From an uncultured Spirochaetales bacterium (GTDB lineage: Bacteria > UBP6 > UBA1177), in contig CACYHH010000001.1 of assembly GCA_902774115.1 (NCBI GenBank), positions 538,297 to 602,296 of the forward strand: a stretch of DNA of 64,000 bases, written 5' to 3'. Made by a program: the position numbers and the translations under genes. Positions 1 through 8,511 of this stretch are shown here, one piece after another (within the stretch, counting starts at the first letter, position 1; every line of letters starts with the position of its first letter). The notes beneath the pieces were generated by a model, which was given only the letters and a program-made list of their open reading frames with translations, was not told where the DNA came from and did no database searches.

Positions 1-1027
1 CGAGCTCATCGTTCTGCCGCAGAAGGCTCCCGTCATGACTTTCCGCCTTCCCGAACCCAAACGCGGAGGCGAAATCGTCGCTGAACTAAGCGGCATAACT
101 CATAAATTCGGTGATCTTGAAGTCATTTCAAACTACAAAAGAATAGTACGTCGCGGCGAAAGGATCGCCCTCGTCGGAAGAAACGGTTTCGGCAAATCGA
201 CTCTTCTCAATATCATCGGTCAGGAACTTCAGCCGACAGCGGGAGTCTGCAGGATCGGTGCCGGAATAGAGATCTGCTACTTCAGGCAGCATGAAATCTC
301 GAAACTTCCTGCCGACATGACGGTTCAGGGATTCGTCGAATCGATCGCACCTTTTGAAATGATGACAAAAATCAAAAATATTTTAGGGTGTTTCCTCTTT
401 TTCGAAGACGACTGGGATAAAAAAATCGCGGTGCTCAGCGGTGGAGAAAAAGTGCGACTCGCCTTCATCAAATTCATAATGACTCCGGGCAATCTTCTCC
501 TTCTCGACGAGCCGACAACACACCTCGACATCGATTCAAAAGAAATTCTTCTTAGCACTTTGGAAAGCATTCCGGCGACCATCATCTTCGTTTCGCACGA
601 TTCCCACTTCATCAACTCCCTCGCGACTTCGATAGTCTACTTCAGGAAACGCGGCGACATCTTCAATTTCGAAGGGACTTACAGCGAATATCTCGATATG
701 TACGGTCACGAAACGATTTCCGAAGAAACTTTTTCGGAAAAGCCGAAAACATCCGCTCCCAAAACTGAAGAAGTCAAAGGAAAAATCGACTTCGCCCAGC
801 AGAAGGAGATCCGTAACCGCCTGAATAAATTAAAGAAAGAAATCGAAAACCTTCAGGATAAAATAGATTCATTAGAAAAGGAAAAGCAGGAGATCTGCGA
901 CAAAATTTCCGCTTCATTCGATCCCGCACTCGCTTCACGGCTCGGCAAAATCGAGGACGAACTCCTTGAACTCATGGAAAAATGGGAAGAAAAAAGCATC
1001 GAACTTGAAAAAAATTCGGAAAATTAA
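1..1027 (+). CDS. ABC-F family ATPase (Uup/YheS/EttA-like), C-terminal part; the gene starts upstream of the window
   Basis: The frame is open from base 2. The second ABC module carries the LSGGEKVRLAF signature and a Walker B-like LLLLDEPTTHLD. A lysine- and glutamate-rich coiled-coil C-terminus is typical of ABC-F proteins. Confidence 0.75.
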   Translation, partial: ELIVLPQKAPVMTFRLPEPKRGGEIVAELSGITHKFGDLEVISNYKRIVRRGERIALVGRNGFGKSTLLNIIGQELQPTAGVCRIGAGIEICYFRQHEISKLPADMTVQGFVESIAPFEMMTKIKNILGCFLFFEDDWDKKIAVLSGGEKVRLAFIKFIMTPGNLLLLDEPTTHLDIDSKEILLSTLESIPATIIFVSHDSHFINSLATSIVYFRKRGDIFNFEGTYSEYLDMYGHETISEETFSEKPKTSAPKTEEVKGKIDFAQQKEIRNRLNKLKKEIENLQDKIDSLEKEKQEICDKISASFDPALASRLGKIEDELLELMEKWEEKSIELEKNSEN

Positions 1028-1066
1028 CTGTCCTCTGACCTCACCCCGCCCCTCTCCAGTGTGGCA

Positions 1067-1138
1067 CCTTGAACGGAAATGGGAATTATTTTGGGGAGTT
1101 ATTGGTGGCGGTCAGATTTGCGGTCAAAAATTTTGACC
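1067..1138. repeat. Direct repeat copy 1 flanking the RhuM gene (core CCTTGAACGGAAATGGGAATTATTTTGGGGAGTTATTGG)
   Basis: It is near-identical to 2309-2347 (about 2 mismatches and 1 indel in the 40-bp core). The 3-prime parts diverge but are still related (GGTCAAAAATTTTGACC versus CGTCAAAAACTTTCCGG). Confidence 0.8.
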
Positions 1139-1315
1139 ACAAAAAGATTTATTTTACCCGCCTACTCCGGCATATATCGCCTGACTTCAGAAAATTCGTG
1201 AATTTTATTAAAGTTTTTCATAAAATTTAAAATAAAAAATAAAGTTGTTTAGATAAAATTTGATTTTTTCTAACATCAAAGATATCGTTATTAGTATTTT
1301 TATTTGGTGTTTGAA

Positions 1316-2188
1316 ATGGAAAATGAAATAGTGAAAACAAAAACAACAAAAGAGACCGCCATTTTTGAAACTGATGGCTTAAAACTAGAAGTTACAATCT
1401 CGCCTGAACAGGACACCGTCTGGCTCAGCCGTATTCAAATGGCAGAGTTGTTTGACCGTGACATCAAAACAATAGGAAAACATATCGCTAATGCCCGACA
1501 TGAAGAATTGAAAGGACAAGTGGTGGTCGCAAAATTTGCGACTACCACTCAGCACGGAGCAATTCAAGGTAAAACACAGACACACTCGACGGAATATTAC
1601 AATCTTGATGTCATTATTTCCGTCGGATACCGCGTCAAATCAAATCGGGGCGTAGAGTTTAGAAAGTGGGCAAATAAAATTTTAAAAGAATTCATTTTAA
1701 AAGGCTACGTTTTCAATCAGAGAATAGACAATTTGGAGCGTCGTGTAAGCAAGACAGAAGAAAAAATAGATTTTTTTGTCCGCACCTCGTTGCCGCCAGT
1801 GGAAGGTGTTTTCTTCCAAGGTCAGATTTTTGATGCCTACGCAAAGTTTGAATCGTTCATTCAAAGTGCTGAACAAGAAATCGTTCTTATTGACAATTAC
1901 ATTGATATTTCGGTTTTGGAACGCTTTTCAAAAAAGCAAAAAGATGTGAAAGTCACGATTTATACCGATCCTAAAACAAAATTAAGCGAGCAGGATATTC
2001 AAAAATTCAATGAACAATATTCGCAACTTATAATAGAACACACCTCAAAAACACATGACCGTTTTCTGATAATTGATAATAAAATCCTTTATCACATTGG
2101 CGCATCGTTAAAAGATCTCGGCAAAAAATGTTTCGCTTTTGAGATCATGGATTCAGCTTGGATAAAAGAGATCCTGAAGAATTTGTGA
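1316..2188 (+). CDS. RhuM-family (KilA-N/antirepressor-like) protein
   Basis: The N-terminus matches the RhuM pattern TVWLSRIQMAELFDRD...YYNLDVIISVGYRVKSNRGVEFRKWANKILKEFILKGY. I take the start as ATG 1316 (MENEIV), not the upstream TTG in the ORF track. The C-terminal ~130 aa are paralogous to the C-terminus of the 7037-8506 protein. Confidence 0.7.
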   Translation: MENEIVKTKTTKETAIFETDGLKLEVTISPEQDTVWLSRIQMAELFDRDIKTIGKHIANARHEELKGQVVVAKFATTTQHGAIQGKTQTHSTEYYNLDVIISVGYRVKSNRGVEFRKWANKILKEFILKGYVFNQRIDNLERRVSKTEEKIDFFVRTSLPPVEGVFFQGQIFDAYAKFESFIQSAEQEIVLIDNYIDISVLERFSKKQKDVKVTIYTDPKTKLSEQDIQKFNEQYSQLIIEHTSKTHDRFLIIDNKILYHIGASLKDLGKKCFAFEIMDSAWIKEILKNL

Positions 2189-2308
2189 AAATTCTGGGAG
2201 CGCGGGCAGCTTGCCCGCACAAAGGCGTAGAGAGGTTTCCTGAAACGTCTCGCGAAATCAGAAAAAAATAGGTGTTCCGTCATGTTGAGCAACGCGAAAC
2301 ATCTATGA

Positions 2309-2376
2309 CCTTGAACGGAAACGGGAATTATTTTGGGGAGTTATGGTTTTTTTGGATCGTCAAAAACTTTCCGGAA
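2309..2376. repeat. Direct repeat copy 2 flanking the RhuM gene
   Basis: It matches 1067-1138. The copy overlaps the last codons and stop codon of the minus-strand gene 2360-3436. Confidence 0.8.
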
Positions 2377-3436
2377 CCAGTTTTAATTTATTGATTGACT
2401 CATGAGCTCGAGTTAGCGAGTCGTAAACAGCAAGAACATCATCTGAATTCCATGTGCGGAGGAATTTTTCATCAATTACACCTTCACTTTCGCCGATAAT
2501 TTTTGCGAGTTGTTCTTCATCTGCCACAGCAACAACGGCTTGAACAGCCGGGTTACTTTGAGCCTTTTTTAAATTCAGAATCAAACTGTCGACAGAGCCT
2601 TTGGACTGGACTTCAAACACATAAATCGCCTTCCCCATGTTGCCGATTCTGGCTTCCCAGACTGCATCAACGACTGCACCGACAGCGATTTTCACCTCAG
2701 AGCGGCTTTCAAAACCAAGCAATTCTCCGATGGCAACTAATTTTTCTTTGATTTCGTTGTGTATTGACTTGGAATCATTGACTGTTTTAGGTTTGCCATT
2801 TTCATTAAATCTATTTTTCATTTCTTTATGTTCTGCAAGAGGCAGAAGTTCGTCCCAGAAAAAATAGTCAACTGCCAAAAGATCATACTCCTTGGCTCCG
2901 GCAAGCCTAAGTTCATTAGAAATATCCTTGGTTATTGCACAGATTTCGGCAAATTTCTTTCCTGTGCACTGATAGCTGTACTTTGGCATATCGGGCACTT
3001 CGAGGTAGCTCAGGCAAATAATCGCAGTTTTATTGAAAATAACATACTCTTTCGGATTAACATAAGTAAGAAGTTCGCTGATTGTTGCTGGTCCTATACC
3101 TTTTACAGACTTTAAGAAATCATCCCACCTTTGTTCAATTTGTGTCGTGCCATACAACAGTTCCGCCAAATGCTTTTTGAGTGTTTCGAATCCGTTGTCA
3201 GCGATCAATTTGTCAACGATAAACTTTTTATTGCCCCACATAAGCATTGACCAAAGTTTGCTCATATATTCCAAAAAATTTTCTTCCGTCATCGCCAGCA
3301 ATTTATCTTTATTGAAGGACTGATAATAGCTTCTACGCTTTTCTCGATCGATCCAATTGTGATTATAGTATGCAGCATTCACTTTCTTGCTTTTAACAAA
3401 AGATGATATTGCAAATCTAAGCTTTTGTTTATTCAT
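2360..3436 (-). CDS. Hypothetical protein with a helix-hairpin-helix motif and a putative PD-(D/E)xK-like C-terminal region; candidate partner of the adjacent restriction-modification gene
   Basis: The 358-aa ORF lies 45 nt downstream of, and on the same strand as, the 806-aa restriction-modification-like gene. It has the motif LKSVKGIGPATISELL (HhH-like). The C-terminal stretch DAVWEAR...VFEVQSKG is nuclease-like but not canonical. I recognise no family with confidence. Confidence 0.55.
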   Translation of the reverse strand: MNKQKLRFAISSFVKSKKVNAAYYNHNWIDREKRRSYYQSFNKDKLLAMTEENFLEYMSKLWSMLMWGNKKFIVDKLIADNGFETLKKHLAELLYGTTQIEQRWDDFLKSVKGIGPATISELLTYVNPKEYVIFNKTAIICLSYLEVPDMPKYSYQCTGKKFAEICAITKDISNELRLAGAKEYDLLAVDYFFWDELLPLAEHKEMKNRFNENGKPKTVNDSKSIHNEIKEKLVAIGELLGFESRSEVKIAVGAVVDAVWEARIGNMGKAIYVFEVQSKGSVDSLILNLKKAQSNPAVQAVVAVADEEQLAKIIGESEGVIDEKFLRTWNSDDVLAVYDSLTRAHESINKLKLVPESF

Positions 3437-3481
3437 TTTTCATCTCCTTTTTTTCTTAAATGCATCGCTCCTTTGCTGGTT

Positions 3482-5902
3482 CTATTTCAAAAACCCGTAT
3501 TCATAGACTTTTTCTGCGATTTTATCGGCAAGAATTTTCATTTTGCCACGCAGATTTTTTATTAAGGCAGTGTATCTTTCATCCTCTGAATTTGGGTTCA
3601 TGTTTCCCTTTTCGTTCATGCCCTGAAAATGTTTTCTTATATCGTAAAAAGAAGCATCCGGATTGGCATTTTTCTGTTTGTGATAGTATTTCCAAAGATT
3701 CAGACCGGCATTATAAACGTCCTGCGATTCTTCAGTAAAAACGACTTTTTCAAATTTAGAAGTTTCTGTAACTGGTTTTAACGCTTCAAAACCACTTTGT
3801 ATTTCCTGAGTTGATGGCGCATCGGTTCTTTTAATTTTTCCGGCAATAAAATCACTCATAAAACGGGATTTAAATGCGTTTTTGCAACCGACTTCGCCCT
3901 CCGTAAAAGGAATCCAGTTGTTCACTCCATGCTCAGCCGAAATATGATTTTGCCCATGAAATAAAGTGTAAATCAAACAGTTTGACTGAAACTCAAAATC
4001 CTTTTTCCAACCGTCATTCGGATACAAAAACTGGTCTCGATCATTCAGCCAAGTTGAATCCATACACCAACGCACAGCGAGATAAATTGCACTCGGAATT
4101 AGATTTGATGAGATTATTTGCCAATTATGATTGTCAGCAGGAACTTTCATGTAAGGCAACTCAATTCGAGTTAATCTTTGATTTTGAAAATCGCTGGCAA
4201 CCCCAATCATTGTCGCGATTGAGTTCTCGACATTTTTCATTGGCTTAAATTCATCAATCCATTTATTTAAGAGCACGGATTGATCATAAGAAAGGATTTT
4301 TTTCTCGCCCAAAAAAGTGCCGTTTTCATCATAAATATCGGATATGGTTTCTGCAAAAACTCTCTGTTCTGTCAAATTCCAAACAAAAAATCCGATTGGA
4401 AAGTCTCCTTTTACATTGTCAAAAGTATTGCCAGGAACAAAAAATGATTTTTTTATTGTTGCCTTAAAATCATTTCTGAAATCCCTGAAATTCGCGGCTT
4501 GTAAAATCTTCAACTTTGAAAATTCTCCAAGAATGCAGCCTTGGATTTCGTGGTAAATCCTCGTAAAAAACAGCGCAAACAACTCTCTTTGTGCCTTTTT
4601 TAATATCGATGCATATTTATCGTGTGTTGTATTTTCTGCCACACCTTTTCTGCCAGCTCCTTTTCGATTATCTGCTTCCGCATACGGCGGATTTATATAA
4701 ATTACCAATTTTTTTCTTTTGTTTTCATCATTAATAATTTCGCTCAATTCTTCCGGCAATTTGTCAAAATTATCGTTCAAGAAATCAAATTGAAAAATAT
4801 GGTTTTCAAACATATTCCAGCCGTTGTTGACGCGGTCAATCATGACATCTACATCGGCTTTGTCAAGCGTTGAAGCCCACACATTGCGGTAATTCGTGAG
4901 TCCGTTGAGCAGGTTTCCCGTTCCGGCGCAGCAATCCCAGATGTAGTATTCATCCTGCCAGTTTTCGCCCAAAACAGCAGCAAGATATTCCTGAGATTTC
5001 TCGACCCATATCTGCGGCGTAAAAAACGAGCCTTTTCTTTCGCGTATATCCTGCGGAACAAGCAGATCGCGGCGGTCTATAATATAACTCCAGTATTCCG
5101 TTTTAGGCGGCCTTTCGTATTTTGCCCAAAATTCCCGGTGAGCTTTTTGATCGTCCTTAAAATCAGCCGGTATATATGCTGCCATACCGTTGAATTTATG
5201 AGCGACCTTGTATTTTGTTTTTTCCAGAACAACTGAAAGATTGTCTTTTAGCGACTCATTGTCGCTCGAAAGCAAATCGGCAAGAAAAAAGTCGGCTGGA
5301 AGAACGCCTATTTCCTGCATTTTATCCCAGTCTGTGGATATTGAATCCTTAACTGTCGCAAGCCATTTCTGAAAAACATTCGGAAAGTTGTTTTTGGTAA
5401 CATTTACTTTGCCGCCGCCGCCTTTTTCCAACTTTTTTATAAATTTTCTAAGTTCCTTTGAATCGCTCTCATATCTGTAAAGAATCTTTTTGTCTTCCAG
5501 AGTTTTTTTACACAAATTGTAAAGCTGTTTAAACTCTTTCGTGTCATGGTTCGAAGGTGCAACATTCCAGTTAAAATCGTTCCTGCCAAACACTTCATGA
5601 ATGTCATAATATTCAATAAAAGCGAATTTTTCACCGTCAAACGCGCCGATATAAGAAGGAGGCATGTAACCCTTATCTTTTTGATTTCCTATTGTCAGAA
5701 TCAGTTGGACAAAACTTTCGTAAATATCGTGATTTTTTCCTCTTTTGGCTTCAGCCCAGAGAACCGAAGAATATTCCGGAGTGCCTTCAGGTAAAACGAC
5801 AACGAAATCAATCTTGCCCAATACAGTACAAAAATAATCGTTGAAAAAATCTTGGCGAATCGCGTTTTTAAGAGCTTCTTCGCTTAAATTCAGATAATTC
5901 AT
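3482..5902 (-). CDS. Fused restriction endonuclease/N6-adenine DNA methyltransferase (type IIG/IIL-like single-polypeptide restriction-modification enzyme)
   Basis: A gamma-class N6A-methyltransferase motif order is seen directly: FFTPQIW (motif X), then WDCCAGTGNLL (motif I, AdoMet binding), then VIYINPPYAE (motif IV, NPPY). The N-terminal ~120 aa carry a PD-(D/E)xK-like D...EAK segment (DFVVVLPEG...LWAEAKRG). The C-terminal ~300 aa would be the target-recognition domain. Confidence 0.65.
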   Translation of the reverse strand: MNYLNLSEEALKNAIRQDFFNDYFCTVLGKIDFVVVLPEGTPEYSSVLWAEAKRGKNHDIYESFVQLILTIGNQKDKGYMPPSYIGAFDGEKFAFIEYYDIHEVFGRNDFNWNVAPSNHDTKEFKQLYNLCKKTLEDKKILYRYESDSKELRKFIKKLEKGGGGKVNVTKNNFPNVFQKWLATVKDSISTDWDKMQEIGVLPADFFLADLLSSDNESLKDNLSVVLEKTKYKVAHKFNGMAAYIPADFKDDQKAHREFWAKYERPPKTEYWSYIIDRRDLLVPQDIRERKGSFFTPQIWVEKSQEYLAAVLGENWQDEYYIWDCCAGTGNLLNGLTNYRNVWASTLDKADVDVMIDRVNNGWNMFENHIFQFDFLNDNFDKLPEELSEIINDENKRKKLVIYINPPYAEADNRKGAGRKGVAENTTHDKYASILKKAQRELFALFFTRIYHEIQGCILGEFSKLKILQAANFRDFRNDFKATIKKSFFVPGNTFDNVKGDFPIGFFVWNLTEQRVFAETISDIYDENGTFLGEKKILSYDQSVLLNKWIDEFKPMKNVENSIATMIGVASDFQNQRLTRIELPYMKVPADNHNWQIISSNLIPSAIYLAVRWCMDSTWLNDRDQFLYPNDGWKKDFEFQSNCLIYTLFHGQNHISAEHGVNNWIPFTEGEVGCKNAFKSRFMSDFIAGKIKRTDAPSTQEIQSGFEALKPVTETSKFEKVVFTEESQDVYNAGLNLWKYYHKQKNANPDASFYDIRKHFQGMNEKGNMNPNSEDERYTALIKNLRGKMKILADKIAEKVYEYGFLK

Positions 5903-6127
5903 GATTTCCTCCCCAAAACTATTTGTACTATAAAAAATCCCCTTTCTTATTTCAATAGCGTAAATATCTAATTTTATTGAATGATTTTAAAATTTAGATG
6001 TTAGACAATCTTGAGTCGGAGAATGAGTAAATGCGAGTGGTGATCGCGGAAAAACTTATTTTATCGAGCGGATTTTTACGAATTGATTTCAGTTGTGTTT
6101 AACTGGGTTTATATTTTGCGGAAAAAA

Positions 6128-6415
6128 TCAGTTGTTCTGCGGAAGGAATTCGATCTTGAGTTTCATTCCCATTCCGGTGGCGAGCCGCTGCAGTGTCCGA
6201 AGTGAGGGATTGGCGTTACCTTTTTCTATTCTGCTGATGTCGCCTTGTGCGATGCCGGTGCGTTCGGAAAGTTCTTTCTGGGTGAGTCCGGATTGTTTGC
6301 GGGCATCGATAATCGCCTGAATCACGGCGTGTTCCGGCTGAAGAAGCTCGTATTCCGCCTTGAAATCGGGATTTTTCAGCTGTTCTTTGAGAAAATCGTT
6401 AAATTTTTCGCCCAT
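6128..6415 (-). CDS. higA: HTH XRE-family antitoxin (HigA-like)
   Basis: This 95-aa protein has a Cro/C1-type HTH (LTQKELSERTGIAQGDISRIEKG). It sits immediately downstream of, and overlaps by 17 nt, a RelE/Gp49-like toxin gene. Confidence 0.7.
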   Translation of the reverse strand: MGEKFNDFLKEQLKNPDFKAEYELLQPEHAVIQAIIDARKQSGLTQKELSERTGIAQGDISRIEKGNANPSLRTLQRLATGMGMKLKIEFLPQNN

Positions 6416-6770
6416 CTTTATCTCCGTTTCTACGCAAATAATCAGCTCTGTATTTTTTCGCTCTTTCTATTTCAGCAGCAGGAGTTTTCTGTGTTTTTTT
6501 GATAAAACCGTGAGTCAGAACAATCCGTCTGTCAACATAAAAGAAATAGAAAACACGCATTGCATTTGTTTCAGCCTGGGCTCTCAGCTCAAAAATCCCG
6601 TCCGACAAATATTTGGAATACGGCTCTCTCAAATCGTATCCGTTATCCTGCAATATCGAGATCATGTCCGCCATTTTCGCCATCATTTTGACACCCAGAG
6701 AAAGAAGAAAATCTTTTGCCGGCTTGTCCCCGTTCTCTTTCTCATAAAATTCCACTTCAAAATTTGTCAC
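6399..6770 (-). CDS. higB: Type II toxin-antitoxin system toxin, RelE/ParE superfamily (HigB / phage Gp49-like)
   Basis: The 123-aa protein has a Gp49-like pattern (ELRAQAETNAMRVFYFFYVDRRIVLTHGFIKKTQKTP). It is followed by the XRE antitoxin in the toxin-first HigBA order. Confidence 0.65.
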   Translation of the reverse strand: MTNFEVEFYEKENGDKPAKDFLLSLGVKMMAKMADMISILQDNGYDLREPYSKYLSDGIFELRAQAETNAMRVFYFFYVDRRIVLTHGFIKKTQKTPAAEIERAKKYRADYLRRNGDKDGRKI

Positions 6771-7036
6771 TGAACCACTCCAAAAAATATTTTATGTGAT
6801 TTATCCTATTTTGTCAACCTCGATTTTTTTAAAAAATTCTACAACCAATCATGAAAGGGTAACCGCCGGTTTGCCTATTCGATTACATAAGTTGTTGTAA
6901 CCATCGCTTTCTCCTCAAAAAACAAAAACTCAAATATTGTAATAAATATTTTTGAAAATTAAAGAAAATTTTATTGATAATTTTCAAAAGTTTAATTATA
7001 ATATTGATATTGAAAATTTGTTTTTGATCTTTAAAG

Positions 7037-8506
7037 ATGGAAAACGAGATAGTAATTCACAACGAAAACGATTTGCGGTCAAGAATCTACACGATCCGCG
7101 GAATGCGCGTAATGCTCGACTTCGATCTGGCTGAAATATATGGTTACACAACCAAGCGTTTTAACGAGCAAGTTAAGAATAATATTGAAAAATTTGACAA
7201 TGATTTCAGATTCCAACTTACAAAAGAAGAGTATTATGAAATTCTAAGGTCGAAAATTTCGACCTTAGAATTTTCTGAAGCAATAGAAGATTCAGGATCA
7301 ACTTTAACTTTGGAACAAGGAAAATATTCAAAATACCTTCCTTACGCTTTCACCGAGCAGGGAATCTACATGCTGATGACAGTTTTGCGCGGTGATCTGG
7401 CTGTTAAACAGAGTAAAATTCTGATTCGGCTTTTTAAAACGATGAAGGACTTCATAATTGAACGGGAAAACCTTATCGGCTCAGACGAAGTCGCAAGGCT
7501 CGCGATTCAGACTTCGCAAAATACGAAAGATATCGCAAGGATCGATCAAAAACTTTCTGATATTTCAAGAAAAATTCATAATTTTACTCCGATTGAAATC
7601 CCAAAAAATCTTTTGTATTTAGACAAAACAACTGTTGAAGCGGATAAAAATCAACCACAAATCAACATTGAAAGTAAAATTCTGGTTATCAGAAGCCGCC
7701 AAGTGATGATAGACCGCGATCTTGCTGAGCTTTACGGTGTGGAAACCAAGCGTTTGAACGAGCAAGTGCGTAGAAATATTGAAAGATTTCCAAAAGATTT
7801 TTGTTTTCAGCTTAATGATGATGAAACAAAAGAACTGGTCGCATTTTGCGACCGGTTCGCCAGCTTGAAACATTCCTCTGTGAATCCTTACGCTTTTACT
7901 GAGCAGGGAATAGCAATGCTTTCTTCGGTTTTGAGAAGTCCGAACGCAGTTGAGGTCAATATTCAAATTATGCGTGCCTTTATTGCAATGCGCCGTTTCA
8001 TGCAGACAAACGCGCAGGTTTTTCAAAGATTGGACAGAGTTGAAAAACACCAGCTTGATTCTGATAGAAAAATCGATGAGCTTTTCGACAAAATGGACAA
8101 ATACAAAATTGAAGACAAACAAGGAATCTTCTTCCAAGGTCAGATTTTTGATGCTTATGCAAAATTCGAGTCATTTATTGTCGAGGCTGAAAAAGAGATT
8201 GTTTTGATTGATAACTATGTCGATTTAACGGTTCTGGAACGTTTTGCCAAAAAGAAAAGCGGCGTAAAAGTTAGGATTTACACTTATCCCAAAACAAAAA
8301 TCACATCTCTCGATATCCAGAAATTCAATGAACAATATCCGACACTTGAATTGAAATACACAGAGAAAATCCACGACAGATTTTTGATTATTGACAACAA
8401 AATTCTTTACCACATCGGTGCTTCACTAAAAGATTTAGGCAAAAAATGCTTCGCTTTCGAAATCTTGGATTCATCGTGGATTCAAGAAATTATGCGGAAT
8501 TTGTGA
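7037..8506 (+). CDS. Tandem ORF6N (KilA-N-like) domain protein with a RhuM-like C-terminal domain
   Basis: There are two internal repeats of the ORF6N-type DNA-binding domain: IRGMRVMLDFDLAEIYGYTTKRFNEQVKNNIEKF and IRSRQVMIDRDLAELYGVETKRLNEQVRRNIERF. The C-terminal ~130 aa (FFQGQIFDAYAKFESF...HDRFLIIDNKILYHIGASLKDLGKKCFAFEI) are near-identical in protein sequence to the C-terminus of the 1316-2188 protein. Confidence 0.7.
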   Translation: MENEIVIHNENDLRSRIYTIRGMRVMLDFDLAEIYGYTTKRFNEQVKNNIEKFDNDFRFQLTKEEYYEILRSKISTLEFSEAIEDSGSTLTLEQGKYSKYLPYAFTEQGIYMLMTVLRGDLAVKQSKILIRLFKTMKDFIIERENLIGSDEVARLAIQTSQNTKDIARIDQKLSDISRKIHNFTPIEIPKNLLYLDKTTVEADKNQPQINIESKILVIRSRQVMIDRDLAELYGVETKRLNEQVRRNIERFPKDFCFQLNDDETKELVAFCDRFASLKHSSVNPYAFTEQGIAMLSSVLRSPNAVEVNIQIMRAFIAMRRFMQTNAQVFQRLDRVEKHQLDSDRKIDELFDKMDKYKIEDKQGIFFQGQIFDAYAKFESFIVEAEKEIVLIDNYVDLTVLERFAKKKSGVKVRIYTYPKTKITSLDIQKFNEQYPTLELKYTEKIHDRFLIIDNKILYHIGASLKDLGKKCFAFEILDSSWIQEIMRNL

Positions 8507-8511
8507 TTGAT

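Noticed and set aside
2203-2219. Perfect 7-bp stem GCGGGCA-GCT-TGCCCGC downstream of the RhuM gene
   Set aside because: It is too short and has no T-run, so I cannot tell a terminator from chance.
4622-4873. Small plus-strand ORFs inside the restriction-modification gene
   Set aside because: They are antisense to the methyltransferase gene, AT-rich and without a ribosome-binding site. They are not a separate control-protein gene.
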